A stretch of DNA of 55,407 bases from Paracoccaceae bacterium (lineage in GTDB: Bacteria > Pseudomonadota > Alphaproteobacteria > Rhodobacterales > Rhodobacteraceae). Below the pieces are notes generated by a model, which did no database searches, had not been told where the DNA came from, and saw only the letters and a list, made by a program, of their open reading frames with translations. The translations under genes and the position numbers were made by a program. The number at the start of each line of letters is the position of its first letter. The stretch's first letter is position 1. The DNA is taken from NCBI GenBank assembly GCA_026995265.1, contig JALWPC010000422.1, positions 1-55,407 of the forward strand, read 5' to 3'. Shown here piece after piece: positions 1 through 9,366 of this stretch.

Positions 1-191
1 TGCAAGCCCCACCCAAAACCCGCTAGCCCGTCGCCCCCCACCCGGGGGCGTGGATTGAAACCAGCGCGAAAAGGGCCTTGTGGTTGACGGTGTTGTCGCC
101 CCCCACCCGGGGGCGTGGATTGAAACAATCCGGCAGCCTCAAGCCGCGCACGCTGCGCGGTCGCCCCCCACCCGGGGGCGTGGATTGAAAC
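1..191 (+). CRISPR. Distal end of a CRISPR array with type I-C-style repeats; the array continues off the left edge
   Basis: Three identical 32-nt repeats GTCGCCCCCCACCCGGGGGCGTGGATTGAAAC at 30-61, 95-126 and 160-191. Unique 33-nt spacers at 62-94 and 127-159, plus a partial spacer at 1-29. The repeat has a GCCCCC/GGGGGC stem and the ATTGAAAC 3-prime end typical of I-C repeats, which sets + as the transcribed strand. Confidence 0.9.
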
Positions 192-356
192 GGCGTGATG
201 GTCTATCGGGAATTTGTTTATGAATTGTAGGGCAGCATGTAAACGAACAGCTTCACCACCGGCGGAGATGGTCACCTCAAGTAACAGGAAGATGGCCGGA
301 TCAAGCGTGAAAATCAGCGCCCATGCGCCCCGGAAGCCCTCTGCATAGCCGTTCAT
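192..356 (-). pseudogene. Possible 5-prime stub of an ABC-type permease-like gene, truncated near the last CRISPR repeat
   Basis: The ATG at 354-356 overlaps the fdhD stop (ATGA coupling). The frame reads MNGYAEGFRGAWALIFTLDPAIFLLLEVTISAGGEAV..., which resembles N-termini of tungstate/molybdate-type ABC permeases (from memory). It then runs without a stop straight through the CRISPR repeats to the window edge, so it is not in the ORF track. Confidence 0.3.
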
Positions 357-1192
357 TTGGAAAGGTCCGCGTCGCGCACAAGGCGCTCTTCGCCGCTCAG
401 GCAGATAAATCGCTGCCCGCGCATTCGGCCAATCAGGGTGAGCCCCACTTGCCGCGCAATCTCCACCCCCCAGGCGGTGAAGCCCGAGCGCGAGACCAGC
501 ACCGGAATGCCCATCAGCGCGGTTTTGATCACCATTTCCGAGGTCAGCCGCCCCGTGGTATACAGGATTTTATCAGCGGCCAAAGCCTCCTCCAGCACCA
601 TCCAGCCGGCGATTTTATCCACCGCGTTATGGCGGCCCACATCCTCCATATAAACCAGCGGCGTGGCCTCGCGGCACAGCACCGAGCCATGAATGGCCCC
701 CGCCTCCAGATAAAGGCTCGGGGTGGTGTTGATGCTATGCGCCAGCGCATAAAGCCAGCTTGTGCGCACCTCGGCCCCGGGCAGGGTTAGCCCCTCCAAG
801 CCCTCCATCATATCGCCAAACACCGTGCCCACGGCACAGCCCGAGGTGCGGGTTTTTTTCTTCAGCTTGTCCTCGTAATTGGTCTGGCGCACCGTGCGCA
901 CAATCACCGAGTCCACCTCTTCATCATAATCAATGCCGGTGATCTGATCATCCGGCAGCAACATGCCCTGATTGCGCAGATAGCCCACGGCGAGGAACTC
1001 CGGATAGTCCCCGATGGTCATCGCCGTGACGATCTCCTGCTTGTTGAGGTAAATCGTCAGCGGGCGCTCCTCAACCACGTTGATCTGTTGCTCCGCGCCC
1101 AAATGGTCCCGCCCCGTAACCGCGCGGGTCAGGCGGGCGGCCTTTGGGTTGGGGGCAATCAGATATGCCGAATCTGCTTGTGCTCCTACCAT
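353..1192 (-). CDS. fdhD: Formate dehydrogenase accessory sulfurtransferase FdhD
   Basis: 279-aa ORF with typical FdhD length and motifs (TSGCAVGTVFGD, GRHNAVDKIAGW). Confidence 0.88.
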   Translation of the reverse strand: MVGAQADSAYLIAPNPKAARLTRAVTGRDHLGAEQQINVVEERPLTIYLNKQEIVTAMTIGDYPEFLAVGYLRNQGMLLPDDQITGIDYDEEVDSVIVRTVRQTNYEDKLKKKTRTSGCAVGTVFGDMMEGLEGLTLPGAEVRTSWLYALAHSINTTPSLYLEAGAIHGSVLCREATPLVYMEDVGRHNAVDKIAGWMVLEEALAADKILYTTGRLTSEMVIKTALMGIPVLVSRSGFTAWGVEIARQVGLTLIGRMRGQRFICLSGEERLVRDADLSK

Positions 1193-1540
1193 TTCAGCCC
1201 TTTTTGAACGACGTGTTCTTAAGCGCTACTCCAGCGCTATGGCCAAGTAAAACAGTTTTTTGCCGCCTGCGCGGTGGAAATTATGATTTTGGACAAATTG
1301 TCCGGAAAGCAGGGCGGGGTTTCGGGGGCAGAGCAGGCAGTCATGTGTGCCAGCCCAAATATCCACCGATGGGCTGGCGTGACCAAAAAAGCCCGGGCGC
1401 CCCCGCTCTGACAGTGAAGGTCAATGCAATGGTGCCAGAGAGACTCTTTAAAGTAGATTTGGATCAATCCCCCGATTTTATACCATTAACCTTTTTACAT
1501 CGTTGTTACACATTGATATTAGGCGATAAAACAGCTTTAA

Positions 1541-1572
1541 CGATGTCTATTCTCCTAGGATAATAGACATCG
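1541..1572. repeat. AT-rich 32-nt near-perfect palindrome, copy 1; the 26-nt core is identical to 31690-31715
   Basis: CGATGTCTATTCTCCTAGGATAATAGACATCG. The core TGTCTATTCTCCTAGGATAATAGACA at 1544-1569 recurs exactly at 31690-31715. Confidence 0.85.
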
Positions 1573-1761
1573 GTAACGCCAGGTTTCACAGAGAATTTCC
1601 GGCTATATTCACATCTTAAAAGGGTGGCTTGGGTGCGGATGATCTGGCGGAAATCTGTAGCGAATGCTTTAATCAACGTGCGGGAAAAGCGCCTTTACGG
1701 GTTGCGACGGAATTTTGAAGCACGGCCTTGTATGCAGGCCCCGAAAAAAAGCCGGAACGCT

Positions 1762-2121
1762 TCAGAAAAACTGGACAAGGCCGGATTTTGGCATGTCCGT
1801 GGCGCGGTGCGGGTTGGCGAGGCGCAGGGCCAGCCCGTTGAGCGAAAGGGCTTTGGCGGCGTCGGTTGGGTCCAGTTTCAGGGCGCTATCGGCCCCGTTG
1901 GACAGGGTTTGCAAAAATGTGCTCAGGCAGGCGAGCATTTGCCGTGCCTGATCTATCCCCTGCAAATCCGCACTTTGGCGAGGGCTTAGCGCCTGGCCGA
2001 AAACCTCCCTTTTCAACATGGTTTCGACAGCATTGATGTGCTGGTCAACACTGGTGATTTCTTTGGCGAGCTGCGTCAGAATGGCGGACAGCGGCACCAG
2101 ATCGGGATTCGGGTCCTGCAT
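1762..2121 (-). CDS. Hypothetical protein, last gene of the che operon (position of rhizobial orf10/CheT-like genes)
   Basis: 119-aa ORF whose start overlaps the upstream cheY stop by 1 nt. I recognise no motif in it. Confidence 0.55.
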   Translation of the reverse strand: MQDPNPDLVPLSAILTQLAKEITSVDQHINAVETMLKREVFGQALSPRQSADLQGIDQARQMLACLSTFLQTLSNGADSALKLDPTDAAKALSLNGLALRLANPHRATDMPKSGLVQFF

Positions 2122-2507
2122 CAGAGCCGCCCGACCACGGATTCGATGCAGGTGCGCATCTGGGCGGTGGTGAAGGGCTTTTTGATAAAGTTGTTCATCC
2201 CCAGCGCGCGGCCCGTGTTCAGGATTTCCTGCGTCGGGGTGCCGGTGACCAGAATAAACGCGATTTTCTGGGTCGGGGCGTAGGAGCGCAGAGATTTCAG
2301 CAGCTCCAGCCCGTTCATGTTGGGCATGTTATAGTCGGAAATCACCAGATGCACCGGCCGCGCTGACAACGTGCGAAAGGCATCGGCCCCGTCGCGGCAA
2401 TAGTCGTTGTGCATGATGCCGAGTTCCTCCACCGCTTGCACGATCAGGCCACGGCTGGTGCTCATATCGTCCACAATCATCACATGCAATTTGTCTCTTA
2501 ACGCCAT
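2121..2507 (-). CDS. cheY: CheY-like single-domain response regulator
   Basis: 128 aa with a receiver-domain signature (MIVDDMSTSR, ISDYNMPNMNG, KKPF). Confidence 0.9.
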   Translation of the reverse strand: MALRDKLHVMIVDDMSTSRGLIVQAVEELGIMHNDYCRDGADAFRTLSARPVHLVISDYNMPNMNGLELLKSLRSYAPTQKIAFILVTGTPTQEILNTGRALGMNNFIKKPFTTAQMRTCIESVVGRL

Positions 2508-2520
2508 TTCGGGCCTCCAT

Positions 2521-3351
2521 TCATTTGGTGCATCTATAGGCGGTCAGGCCGTTGAGTTTCAGGGATTTGGCGGCAGGGCCGGACACCCGCTCGGAGTGGC
2601 CCGCATATAACTGCCCGCCGGGTTTGAGCACGCTCACAATCTGCTGCCATGTTTTTTCGCGCGTGAGGGGGTCAAAATAAATGGTGACATTGCGGCAGAA
2701 AATTACGTCGAACGCGCCGTTGAAGGGCAGCGGGTTGAGCAGGTTGAGCTGGCGAAAGGAAATTAGCGCTTTGGCCGCCGGAGCCACGGTGTTTTCCGGC
2801 AGGAAGGCAGCGCGAATATGTGGCGGGATCTGCTTGGCCACGGCCTCGGCATAGACCCCGCGCGCACCGCGGCGCACCATTTCGGGGTCTATATCGGTGG
2901 CCAGAATTTTGAGGTCCAGACGGCCGGCATCCGGCGCCTGGCGCAACACTTCAAAGGCGATGGTATAGGGCTCCTCGCCGCTCGCGCAGGCTGCCGACCA
3001 TATACGCACCCGCTCGCCGCGCTTTGCCTTTTCCAGCAGGGCGGGCAGCACCCGCGCCGAGAAGTCCTCGAAATGGTGCGGCTCGCGGTAAAAGCTGGTG
3101 ACATTGGTTGTCAGGGTCGAGATCATTTCCTGGCGCGCCGCATTGGGCGGGCGGGCGCTGACATGGGCCACATAATCGGCAAAACACCCGAATCCGGCCC
3201 GCCGCACAAGGGCATTGAGCCGCGCATAGACAAGGTTCTTTTTGTTGTCGCCCAAAAAAATGCCGGTTTCCCGATGCAGGATTTCGGCAATGGCGCTGAA
3301 ATCCCGGTCGCTAAAGGCGCAGCTATCCGGATGGGGCTGGTCAAGGGTCAT
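2521..3351 (-). CDS. cheR: Chemotaxis protein methyltransferase CheR
   Basis: 276 aa with the CheR N-terminal helical region plus a SAM-binding core (RIWSAACASGEEPYTIA, FCRNVTIYF). Confidence 0.9.
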   Translation of the reverse strand: MTLDQPHPDSCAFSDRDFSAIAEILHRETGIFLGDNKKNLVYARLNALVRRAGFGCFADYVAHVSARPPNAARQEMISTLTTNVTSFYREPHHFEDFSARVLPALLEKAKRGERVRIWSAACASGEEPYTIAFEVLRQAPDAGRLDLKILATDIDPEMVRRGARGVYAEAVAKQIPPHIRAAFLPENTVAPAAKALISFRQLNLLNPLPFNGAFDVIFCRNVTIYFDPLTREKTWQQIVSVLKPGGQLYAGHSERVSGPAAKSLKLNGLTAYRCTK

Positions 3352-3818
3352 TGCAGGGGGCTTTCCGGGCTGTTGCCATATATTTTATCAAGGTCGATCA
3401 ACCGGATCATCCGCTCTTCAAGCACAATAACACCGGTGACAATGGCCCCGTCGATACTGGGGCCAATGGCGCGGGTTTTTTGCACGTGGCTTTCGGAAAT
3501 GCGCAGAATTTCAGATACTTCGTCTACCAGCAGCCCGCAAATCCGCTCGCCGACCTGCACGATCACAATCACATTGCGCGCGCTCGGCGCATCGGTGGAG
3601 AGCCCGAGGCGGCGCGAGAAATCGATAATCGGCACCACCGCGCCGCGCAGGTTAATCACCCCGGTTACATAATCGGGCGCGCCGGGCAGGGTGGTGGTTT
3701 CGGTCCAGCGCCGAATCTCGCGGACATCCATAATGCCGACGCAATAATCCTGCCCGGCGGCACGAAAGGCCACATAATTCGGCTCGGTGGTTTCTATATC
3801 CGTTACCTGAACATTCAT
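3348..3818 (-). CDS. cheW: Chemotaxis coupling protein CheW
   Basis: 156 aa with a CheW-like domain (VTGVINLRGAVVPIIDF). There is a 4-nt overlap with cheR. Confidence 0.9.
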   Translation of the reverse strand: MNVQVTDIETTEPNYVAFRAAGQDYCVGIMDVREIRRWTETTTLPGAPDYVTGVINLRGAVVPIIDFSRRLGLSTDAPSARNVIVIVQVGERICGLLVDEVSEILRISESHVQKTRAIGPSIDGAIVTGVIVLEERMIRLIDLDKIYGNSPESPLQ

Positions 3819-3821
3819 CTG

Positions 3822-5864
3822 CTAGCCCGCCTTTGCAAAAGATAGATTATGGGATGTATCAACGGCTTTTGCGCCGAAAACCGGATCGTTCGGGTCCAGA
3901 ATCAGGGCAATGCGGCCGTCGCCAAGGATGGTGGCCGCGGCCATGCCGAGCACCCCCTGATAATTGGTTTCCAGGCTCTTGATCACCACTTGCCGCTGGT
4001 CCTGAATGGCATCAAAAGCCAGTGCGCAGCGGCTGCCGTCATCCACCTCGACCAGCACCAGAATGCTTTTTTCAAAGTTGCACGGGGTATCGCGAATGCC
4101 CAGAACGCGGCCCACGTCGATGACGCGGATATTTTCGCCGCGAATAAAAACCGTGGTGAAATCATGGTCCACCCGATGGATTTTCTCGCTGCCGGGGCGC
4201 AAAAGTTCGTGAATGGCGGTGATCGGCAGGATAAAGCGCTCCTGCTCCACCTCGACCACCATGCCATCGAGCACCGCGAGCGTCAGCGGCAGGCTGATGC
4301 TGAAGCGCGAGCCTTGCCCCGGGGTGGAGCTGAGCGAAATCTGCCCGCCCAGCGACTGGATCGCGGTTTTCACCACATCCATACCCACCCCGCGGCCGGA
4401 AAGCTCCGACACCTCGTCAACGGTGGAAAAGCCGGGCATGAACAGGATGGCGTCTATATCTTCCGGCTCCAGCTTGTCCTCGGGCGCAACCAACCCCTTT
4501 TCAAGGGCAATTTGCAGCACCTTCTCGCGGTTGATGCCGCCGCCATTATCGCTCACATCAATCACCACACGGCCCGAGCGGTGCGCGGCGGAAAGGGTGA
4601 CGGTGCCGGTTTCCTCCTTGCCCGCCGCCCGCCGTTTTTCCGGCGATTCCAACCCGTGGTCCACGGCGTTGCGCAGCATATGGGTGAGCGGGTCGGCGAG
4701 CTTTTCGATGACGGTTTTGTCAATCTCGGTGTTTTCGCCGAGAATTTCGAGCTGCACCTGCTTGCCGGTGGCCGCCGCCGCCTCGCGCACAATCCGGCCC
4801 ATGCGCTGGAACAGCGGCTTGACCGGCTGGGCGCGCACCGTCATCACCGAATCCTGAATTTCGCGGGACAGCACTTTCAGGTCATCAATATGGCTGAGAA
4901 GGCCGGTGTTGTTGGCGAGGTCCATTTCCTCGATGCTCTGGGTCATAATCGCCTGTGCCACCACCAGCTCGCCCACAAGGTTGATCAACTGGTCGATGCG
5001 CTCCACATCCACCCGCACGGTGGCGGATTTTTTCGCGGCGGGCTTGGTCTTTTTGGCGGGCGGGGTGACCTCGGGCAGCGGGATGTCGGCAATTTCGGGC
5101 AGGTCGGGCAGGGGCGGGCTGTTGGTAATATCAAGCTCGAAATGGCCTTCGGAAAACTCGAAAATGTCGCGAATATCGGCCTCGTTATTGTCGGTGAGCA
5201 GCTCGATATCCCACCAGAAATAGGCGGCCTCCGGGTCAAAATCATCGAGCGCGGGCAAGGCGTCTGTGTGGCAGGTGGCCGTGACCTCGCCAAGCTCCTC
5301 AAGGCAGCGCAGCAGCATGACGGATTCATGGCCGTTATGGTAAAAGCCCGGGCTGGGCTTGAAGCGGATATAAAAGCGGGTGTCGCTGTCGGGGTCGGGC
5401 GGATCAAGGTCAAAATCCAGCGACGCCGCGCCGATGGGGGTGAAATCCAGCGCCTCGGGCGCGGCCTCGGTCAGGTGTTTGGGGCGCAGGGCATTCAGGC
5501 TGTCGAGCAGCGCATCTATCGTGGCCTCGTCCGATGGCTCCTGATTTTGCGCAGCGGTGACAAGGTCGCTCAGCAGGTCGCTGGACTGCCAGAAAATGCT
5601 GATCACCTCCGGCCCCATGCTCACATCCCCGTTGCGCACATCATTAAGCACGGTTTCAAACCCGTGGGCGAATTTGACCAGCATTTCAAGGTGAAATGCC
5701 CCTGCGCCGCCCTTGATCGAGTGCACGGCGCGGAAGATGCTGTTGATGCGCTCGCTGTCCTCGGGGTCGGATTCCGCCAGCCCGAGATCCTCTTGCAGGC
5801 TGGCGAGCAGGTCTTCGCATTCCTCAAAGAAGGTGACAAGAATCGGGTCGGTATCGTTGCTCAT
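3822..5864 (-). CDS. cheA: Chemotaxis histidine kinase CheA
   Basis: 680 aa with an Hpt box (HSIKGGAGAF), N/G1/G2 ATPase boxes (HMLRNAVDHG, DNGGGI, GRGVGMDVV) and a C-terminal CheW-like domain. Confidence 0.95.
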   Translation of the reverse strand: MSNDTDPILVTFFEECEDLLASLQEDLGLAESDPEDSERINSIFRAVHSIKGGAGAFHLEMLVKFAHGFETVLNDVRNGDVSMGPEVISIFWQSSDLLSDLVTAAQNQEPSDEATIDALLDSLNALRPKHLTEAAPEALDFTPIGAASLDFDLDPPDPDSDTRFYIRFKPSPGFYHNGHESVMLLRCLEELGEVTATCHTDALPALDDFDPEAAYFWWDIELLTDNNEADIRDIFEFSEGHFELDITNSPPLPDLPEIADIPLPEVTPPAKKTKPAAKKSATVRVDVERIDQLINLVGELVVAQAIMTQSIEEMDLANNTGLLSHIDDLKVLSREIQDSVMTVRAQPVKPLFQRMGRIVREAAAATGKQVQLEILGENTEIDKTVIEKLADPLTHMLRNAVDHGLESPEKRRAAGKEETGTVTLSAAHRSGRVVIDVSDNGGGINREKVLQIALEKGLVAPEDKLEPEDIDAILFMPGFSTVDEVSELSGRGVGMDVVKTAIQSLGGQISLSSTPGQGSRFSISLPLTLAVLDGMVVEVEQERFILPITAIHELLRPGSEKIHRVDHDFTTVFIRGENIRVIDVGRVLGIRDTPCNFEKSILVLVEVDDGSRCALAFDAIQDQRQVVIKSLETNYQGVLGMAAATILGDGRIALILDPNDPVFGAKAVDTSHNLSFAKAG

Positions 5865-5876
5865 GGTCGGCCCTCG

Positions 5877-6242
5877 TTACGCGCTCACCCGGCGAATGGC
5901 CGAGACCAGTTTTTCCCCGTCAAAGGGCTTGACGATCCAGCCGGTGGCGCCGGCCTCGCGGGCGCGGGCTTTAAGCTCGGGGGCGGATTCGGTGGTGAGC
6001 ACCAGAATGGGCACATGGCGCATATCGCCGCTGGACCGCAGTTTTTCGATAAAGCCGAAACCGTCCAGAACCGGCATGTTGATGTCGCTGATAATCACAT
6101 CGGGCTTGAAGCGCGCCGCCACTTCCAGCCCGTGCGCGCCGTCTTCGGCCACATCGACCGCAAAGCCGGCCTCGCCGAGCGCGTGGCTTAAAATATCGCG
6201 CATGGTGCGTGAATCATCGACTGCTAAAACCCTGGTTTGCAT
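5877..6242 (-). CDS. cheY: CheY-like response regulator
   Basis: 121-aa receiver domain (VLAVDDSRTMR, ISDINMPVLDG, VKPF). Confidence 0.9.
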   Translation of the reverse strand: MQTRVLAVDDSRTMRDILSHALGEAGFAVDVAEDGAHGLEVAARFKPDVIISDINMPVLDGFGFIEKLRSSGDMRHVPILVLTTESAPELKARAREAGATGWIVKPFDGEKLVSAIRRVSA

Positions 6243-6243
6243 A

Positions 6244-6528
6244 TTATCCCTCGCTTATTCCAAATTCTTCTGCGGTGAGCCCAATGTGGCCCAGCCCCTC
6301 GATAAAGGCGCTGGACGGGGCCGTTATGGCAAAGCTGACCGCCGCCGCCTGCCAGCTGCGCGCCGCCGCCAGCAGCGCCTCGAACCCCGGCGCGCCTATG
6401 TGTTTAACCGCGCTGGCATCCACTGTGAGCGGGGTGTTCTGGTGTGCTTTCAGCGCCGCCACCAGGTCCGGTGCGGATTGCTGGGTTATGCGGGCGGCAA
6501 GGGTCAGGGTGGCGGGGGTGCTGCTCAT
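6244..6528 (-). CDS. STAS-domain protein (rhizobial orf2/CheS-like position)
   Basis: 94 aa with a STAS-like pattern (LTVDASAVKHIGAPGFEALLAA). It sits between an MCP and cheY, as in alphaproteobacterial che operons. Confidence 0.65.
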   Translation of the reverse strand: MSSTPATLTLAARITQQSAPDLVAALKAHQNTPLTVDASAVKHIGAPGFEALLAAARSWQAAAVSFAITAPSSAFIEGLGHIGLTAEEFGISEG

Positions 6529-6540
6529 CGGGGGCCTCCT

Positions 6541-8712
6541 TTAAGCGCTCATCGCATCCCGGGCGGTCGGGGTCGGCCGTGCCCGCCGTGCCTTTGGCGG
6601 CTGCCCGTGCACCTTGAAGCCGCCAATCACCCGGGCGAGATTTTCGGTTTCGTGCTGAAGCGCCACGCTGGTGGCGGTGGTTTCCTGAAACATCGCCGCG
6701 TTTTGCTGGGTGACGTTATCAAGCTGCTGGGTAGCGGTGCTGATTTCGGTAATGCTGGTGGATTGCTCCACCGCAGAGGTGGTCATTTCGGCAATGCGCC
6801 CGCTGATAGCGCTCACCCCTTCGGCAATGGCCTTGAAGGCCGTGCCGGTCTGGTCGACCATTTTCACGCCTTTGCGCACCTGCTCCTCGCTGGAGGAAAT
6901 AAGCTGGGCGATTTCGCGCGCCGCTTCGGAAGAACGCGCCGCGAGGTCTCTCACCTCGGCGGCGACTACGGCAAAGCCCCGGCCCGCATCCCCGGCGCGC
7001 GCCGCTTCCACCCCGGCATTCAGAGCCAGAAGGTTGGTTTGAAAGGTAATGTCGTCGATCATCGAAATGGTTTTCTGGATGGCCTCGGTCGAGGCCTGAA
7101 TCTCGGTCATTGCCGCCACCGTATCGCTAACGATCTGGTCGCTTTCGCTGGCCTTCACCTGAATTTCTTCCACCGCGTGGTCCGCATCCTTGGCCAGTTC
7201 CACCGATTTGGCCACATGCTCGGCCAAGGTGTGAATCTCGGTGGAGGTTTGCTCCAGTGTCGCCGCCGAATGCTCGGTGCGCTTGGCCATGTTATTGGCC
7301 GATTCCGCCACCTCGCGGGTGGAGTTGCGGATCACCTCGCTGCTTTCACTGATCTGGTTGAACGAGCGGCCAAGGCTCTGGATCGTGGTGTTGACCGCAT
7401 CGCGGATCTCGGCAAATATCCCTTTGAAATCGCCGTGCATATTGTGGGTAAGGTCCCCTTTGGAAAGCGCCTCCAGTGCGATTTTTATTTGTCCGAGGCC
7501 AAAATTGCTGACTTCGCCAATGCGGTTAATCCCGTCGCATATTTCGCCAAAAACTCCGTCTTTGTCATCGGTGTTCAGGGTCTGGCTGAAGTCGCCCTCG
7601 GCACAGGCGGCTACCACCTCCGAAATTTCGCGCGCGGCCTTTTGCTCGCGCAGGCGCACCGCCTCGGCCTCGGCCTCCTGCTTGGCAATGCGGGCTTTTT
7701 CGGCCTCGGCTTCCTGGCGCTCGGCTTCCCGCAGGCGCTCCTGCTCGCGGCGCTCTGCGGCCAGCAATTCGGCTTCGTGCTCGGCCTTGCGCCTGGCCTC
7801 GGCGGCGGCAGCCTGCTGTTGTTGCTCAAAGGCCCGTTTTTCGGCGGCCCGCAGCTCGGCCTCTTTGGCTTTGCCCGCCACAATATTTTCCCGAAAGGCC
7901 GAAAGCGCCTTGGCAATGGGGCCGAATTCGTCTTTCAGGTCCGGGTTCATGCGTAACGGCGCGTCTGTATCGTCCGACATCACCGTGGCCACATCGGCGT
8001 GCAGGTCGCTGAAGCTCCGGCTCATCAGCCTGAAAATATAGACCAGCCCGATAGCGGCGATCAGCAGGCTCAGCGTGCTCAAAACCGCAAGAATGGTGAT
8101 TTGGCGGGCATTGTTGGTAGTGATATTTTCAGCGGCAGATTTCAGCATTTGCAAATGCCCGATAGTTTGTGCGTCCACCTGCCGGTTGAGACTGTCGGAG
8201 ACATCGGCAAGGGTGGCGGCCACGGTGTCAAACTCGTTCATATGCCGGTTGCCCGCCTCCGGCCCCTCATCAATATAGGACTGCGCCATGATTTTGCCTT
8301 CGGCATAAAACGGGCCAAAGGCGGTTTCCATATCGTTCAGGGCGGCCACGACATCGGGCATATCCATGTCGGTTGCCAATTGCCGCGCGGTCTCTATATC
8401 GGCATAGAATTTCTGGGCGAAGGTCTCGGCTTCGTCAAACCCGTCGGCAAAGCCGGGGCGGGCGCGGGTGGCGGAAATATCGGTGAGCCAGCCCTGAACC
8501 TCGATCACATCGGCCCCGATATCTTTGGTTTTCACCAAAAGCGGCACCCCGCGATCGGATATATTCTCGACATGGTCCATAACCGCCCGAAGCTGCGGGG
8601 ATTGCCCGATCAGATTGGTGAGGGTCACGCCGATACTGCCCCACAGGAACACAACGGCCAGCACGAATACGATAAAAATTCTGGATCTCAAGGTCACGGG
8701 TTTTAGGGTCAT
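6541..8712 (-). CDS. Methyl-accepting chemotaxis protein (MCP1)
   Basis: 723 aa with an N-terminal TM and sensor region, an E/A/R/K-rich coiled coil, and the MCP signalling hairpin ([32 protein letters not shown]). It has no C-terminal xWxxF pentapeptide. Confidence 0.9.
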   Translation of the reverse strand: MTLKPVTLRSRIFIVFVLAVVFLWGSIGVTLTNLIGQSPQLRAVMDHVENISDRGVPLLVKTKDIGADVIEVQGWLTDISATRARPGFADGFDEAETFAQKFYADIETARQLATDMDMPDVVAALNDMETAFGPFYAEGKIMAQSYIDEGPEAGNRHMNEFDTVAATLADVSDSLNRQVDAQTIGHLQMLKSAAENITTNNARQITILAVLSTLSLLIAAIGLVYIFRLMSRSFSDLHADVATVMSDDTDAPLRMNPDLKDEFGPIAKALSAFRENIVAGKAKEAELRAAEKRAFEQQQQAAAAEARRKAEHEAELLAAERREQERLREAERQEAEAEKARIAKQEAEAEAVRLREQKAAREISEVVAACAEGDFSQTLNTDDKDGVFGEICDGINRIGEVSNFGLGQIKIALEALSKGDLTHNMHGDFKGIFAEIRDAVNTTIQSLGRSFNQISESSEVIRNSTREVAESANNMAKRTEHSAATLEQTSTEIHTLAEHVAKSVELAKDADHAVEEIQVKASESDQIVSDTVAAMTEIQASTEAIQKTISMIDDITFQTNLLALNAGVEAARAGDAGRGFAVVAAEVRDLAARSSEAAREIAQLISSSEEQVRKGVKMVDQTGTAFKAIAEGVSAISGRIAEMTTSAVEQSTSITEISTATQQLDNVTQQNAAMFQETTATSVALQHETENLARVIGGFKVHGQPPKARRARPTPTARDAMSA

Positions 8713-8807
8713 CGGGGCACCTGTTAAGTTTTCGGGGCTTCGTAAAGCCTATGTTGAATTGGTTATTCACCTCTAAACGGGCCAAAGCAAAAAACATAAA
8801 ATTCGAG

Positions 8808-9365
8808 CTAAAACAGCTCCACATCGCCGGTATCTTCGGGCAGGGCGGCGCGGCGGGCGGTTTGGGCTTCCATCTCGGCGGTTTCGGTGTTTTGCACCAG
8901 CATCACCTGGGTGCGGCCGGTAACCGGCCAGAACCGGATGCGCCGGGCGCGGTCTCCGCCGAGGTTCTGGCCGATCAAGGCGATATTTTCGCGCTCCAGA
9001 AAGCGCAGGGCGAAATCGGTGTTGCGCTGGCCAATATCCGAGGCGCCGGCCAGCATATGTGCGCCACCGGCCACCTTGGCCTGCAGGCGCTCGCGCCGTG
9101 CGCCGCGTTTCAGTAGGTCGTTGATCAGCAATTCCATGCTGTAAACCCCGTATTTGGTCGATTCCGCATGCCCCTCCGGCTGGTCCCCCAGCAAAAAGTG
9201 GTTTAGCCCGCCGAGCCTGGCCACCGGGTCATGCAGGCAGGTGCAAATGCAGGAGCCCAGCACCGTGGTCAGCACTTCGTTCGGGTCGGCGCTGCTGGCA
9301 AACTCGCCTTGGGTGACAAGGGTTTTGATCGTGGCGTCGGGGCTTATGGCGAGCGCTTCCATCAT
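8808..9365 (-). CDS. cheD: Chemoreceptor glutamine deamidase CheD
   Basis: The internal start MMEALAIS gives about 185 aa. CheD motif GSCICTCLHDP...GGLNHFLLG. The upstream 44 codons of the listed ORF overlap the MCP2 3-prime end and are unlikely to be coding. Confidence 0.85.
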   Translation of the reverse strand: MMEALAISPDATIKTLVTQGEFASSADPNEVLTTVLGSCICTCLHDPVARLGGLNHFLLGDQPEGHAESTKYGVYSMELLINDLLKRGARRERLQAKVAGGAHMLAGASDIGQRNTDFALRFLERENIALIGQNLGGDRARRIRFWPVTGRTQVMLVQNTETAEMEAQTARRAALPEDTGDVELF

Positions 9366-9366
9366 G

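Noticed and set aside
62-159. Possibility that the two complete CRISPR spacers target sequences inside this window (self-targeting of the plasmid).
   Set aside because: I saw no matching stretch by eye on either strand, but I cannot search exhaustively. A BLASTN-short search of the spacers against the replicon and phage/plasmid databases would decide this.
1144-1563. A 139-aa + strand ORF spanning the fdhD upstream region and ending inside the 32-nt palindrome; also 1237..1467 and 1624..1989.
   Set aside because: They have no motifs and mixed composition. They cross an AT-rich intergenic island and overlap the fdhD start region, so the palindrome is better explained as a non-coding element.
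1541-1572. The palindrome as a simple rho-independent terminator for the che operon (and its twin for the LysR gene).
   Set aside because: The stem is AT-rich with no loop-friendly centre and no following T tract on either strand. The identical 26-nt core and the covarying flanks in two unrelated contexts point to a specific element rather than a generic terminator. A terminator role is not fully excluded.
2121-3351. Absence of cheB between cheR and cheY as evidence of a deletion or a novel pathway.
   Set aside because: The junction is clean (14-nt gap, no gene fragment). cheB-less clusters of this gene order are known in alphaproteobacteria (from memory, R. sphaeroides cheOp1). I kept it only as a low-interest note.
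3849-6191. Very long ORFs antisense to well-supported genes: 3849..6191 (780 aa) opposite cheA; 5713..7956 opposite MCP1; 12175..13536 opposite MCP3; 33588..35669 opposite the nitrilase and MBL genes; 36686..37822 opposite dctQ/dctP; 44897..45859 opposite the ATPase; 50228..51727 opposite oxidase subunit I.
   Set aside because: They are typical GC-rich antisense shadow frames. Their composition is biased to Arg, Gly, His, Ala and Pro, and I find no recognisable motifs. The opposite strand carries complete, motif-rich domains in every case.
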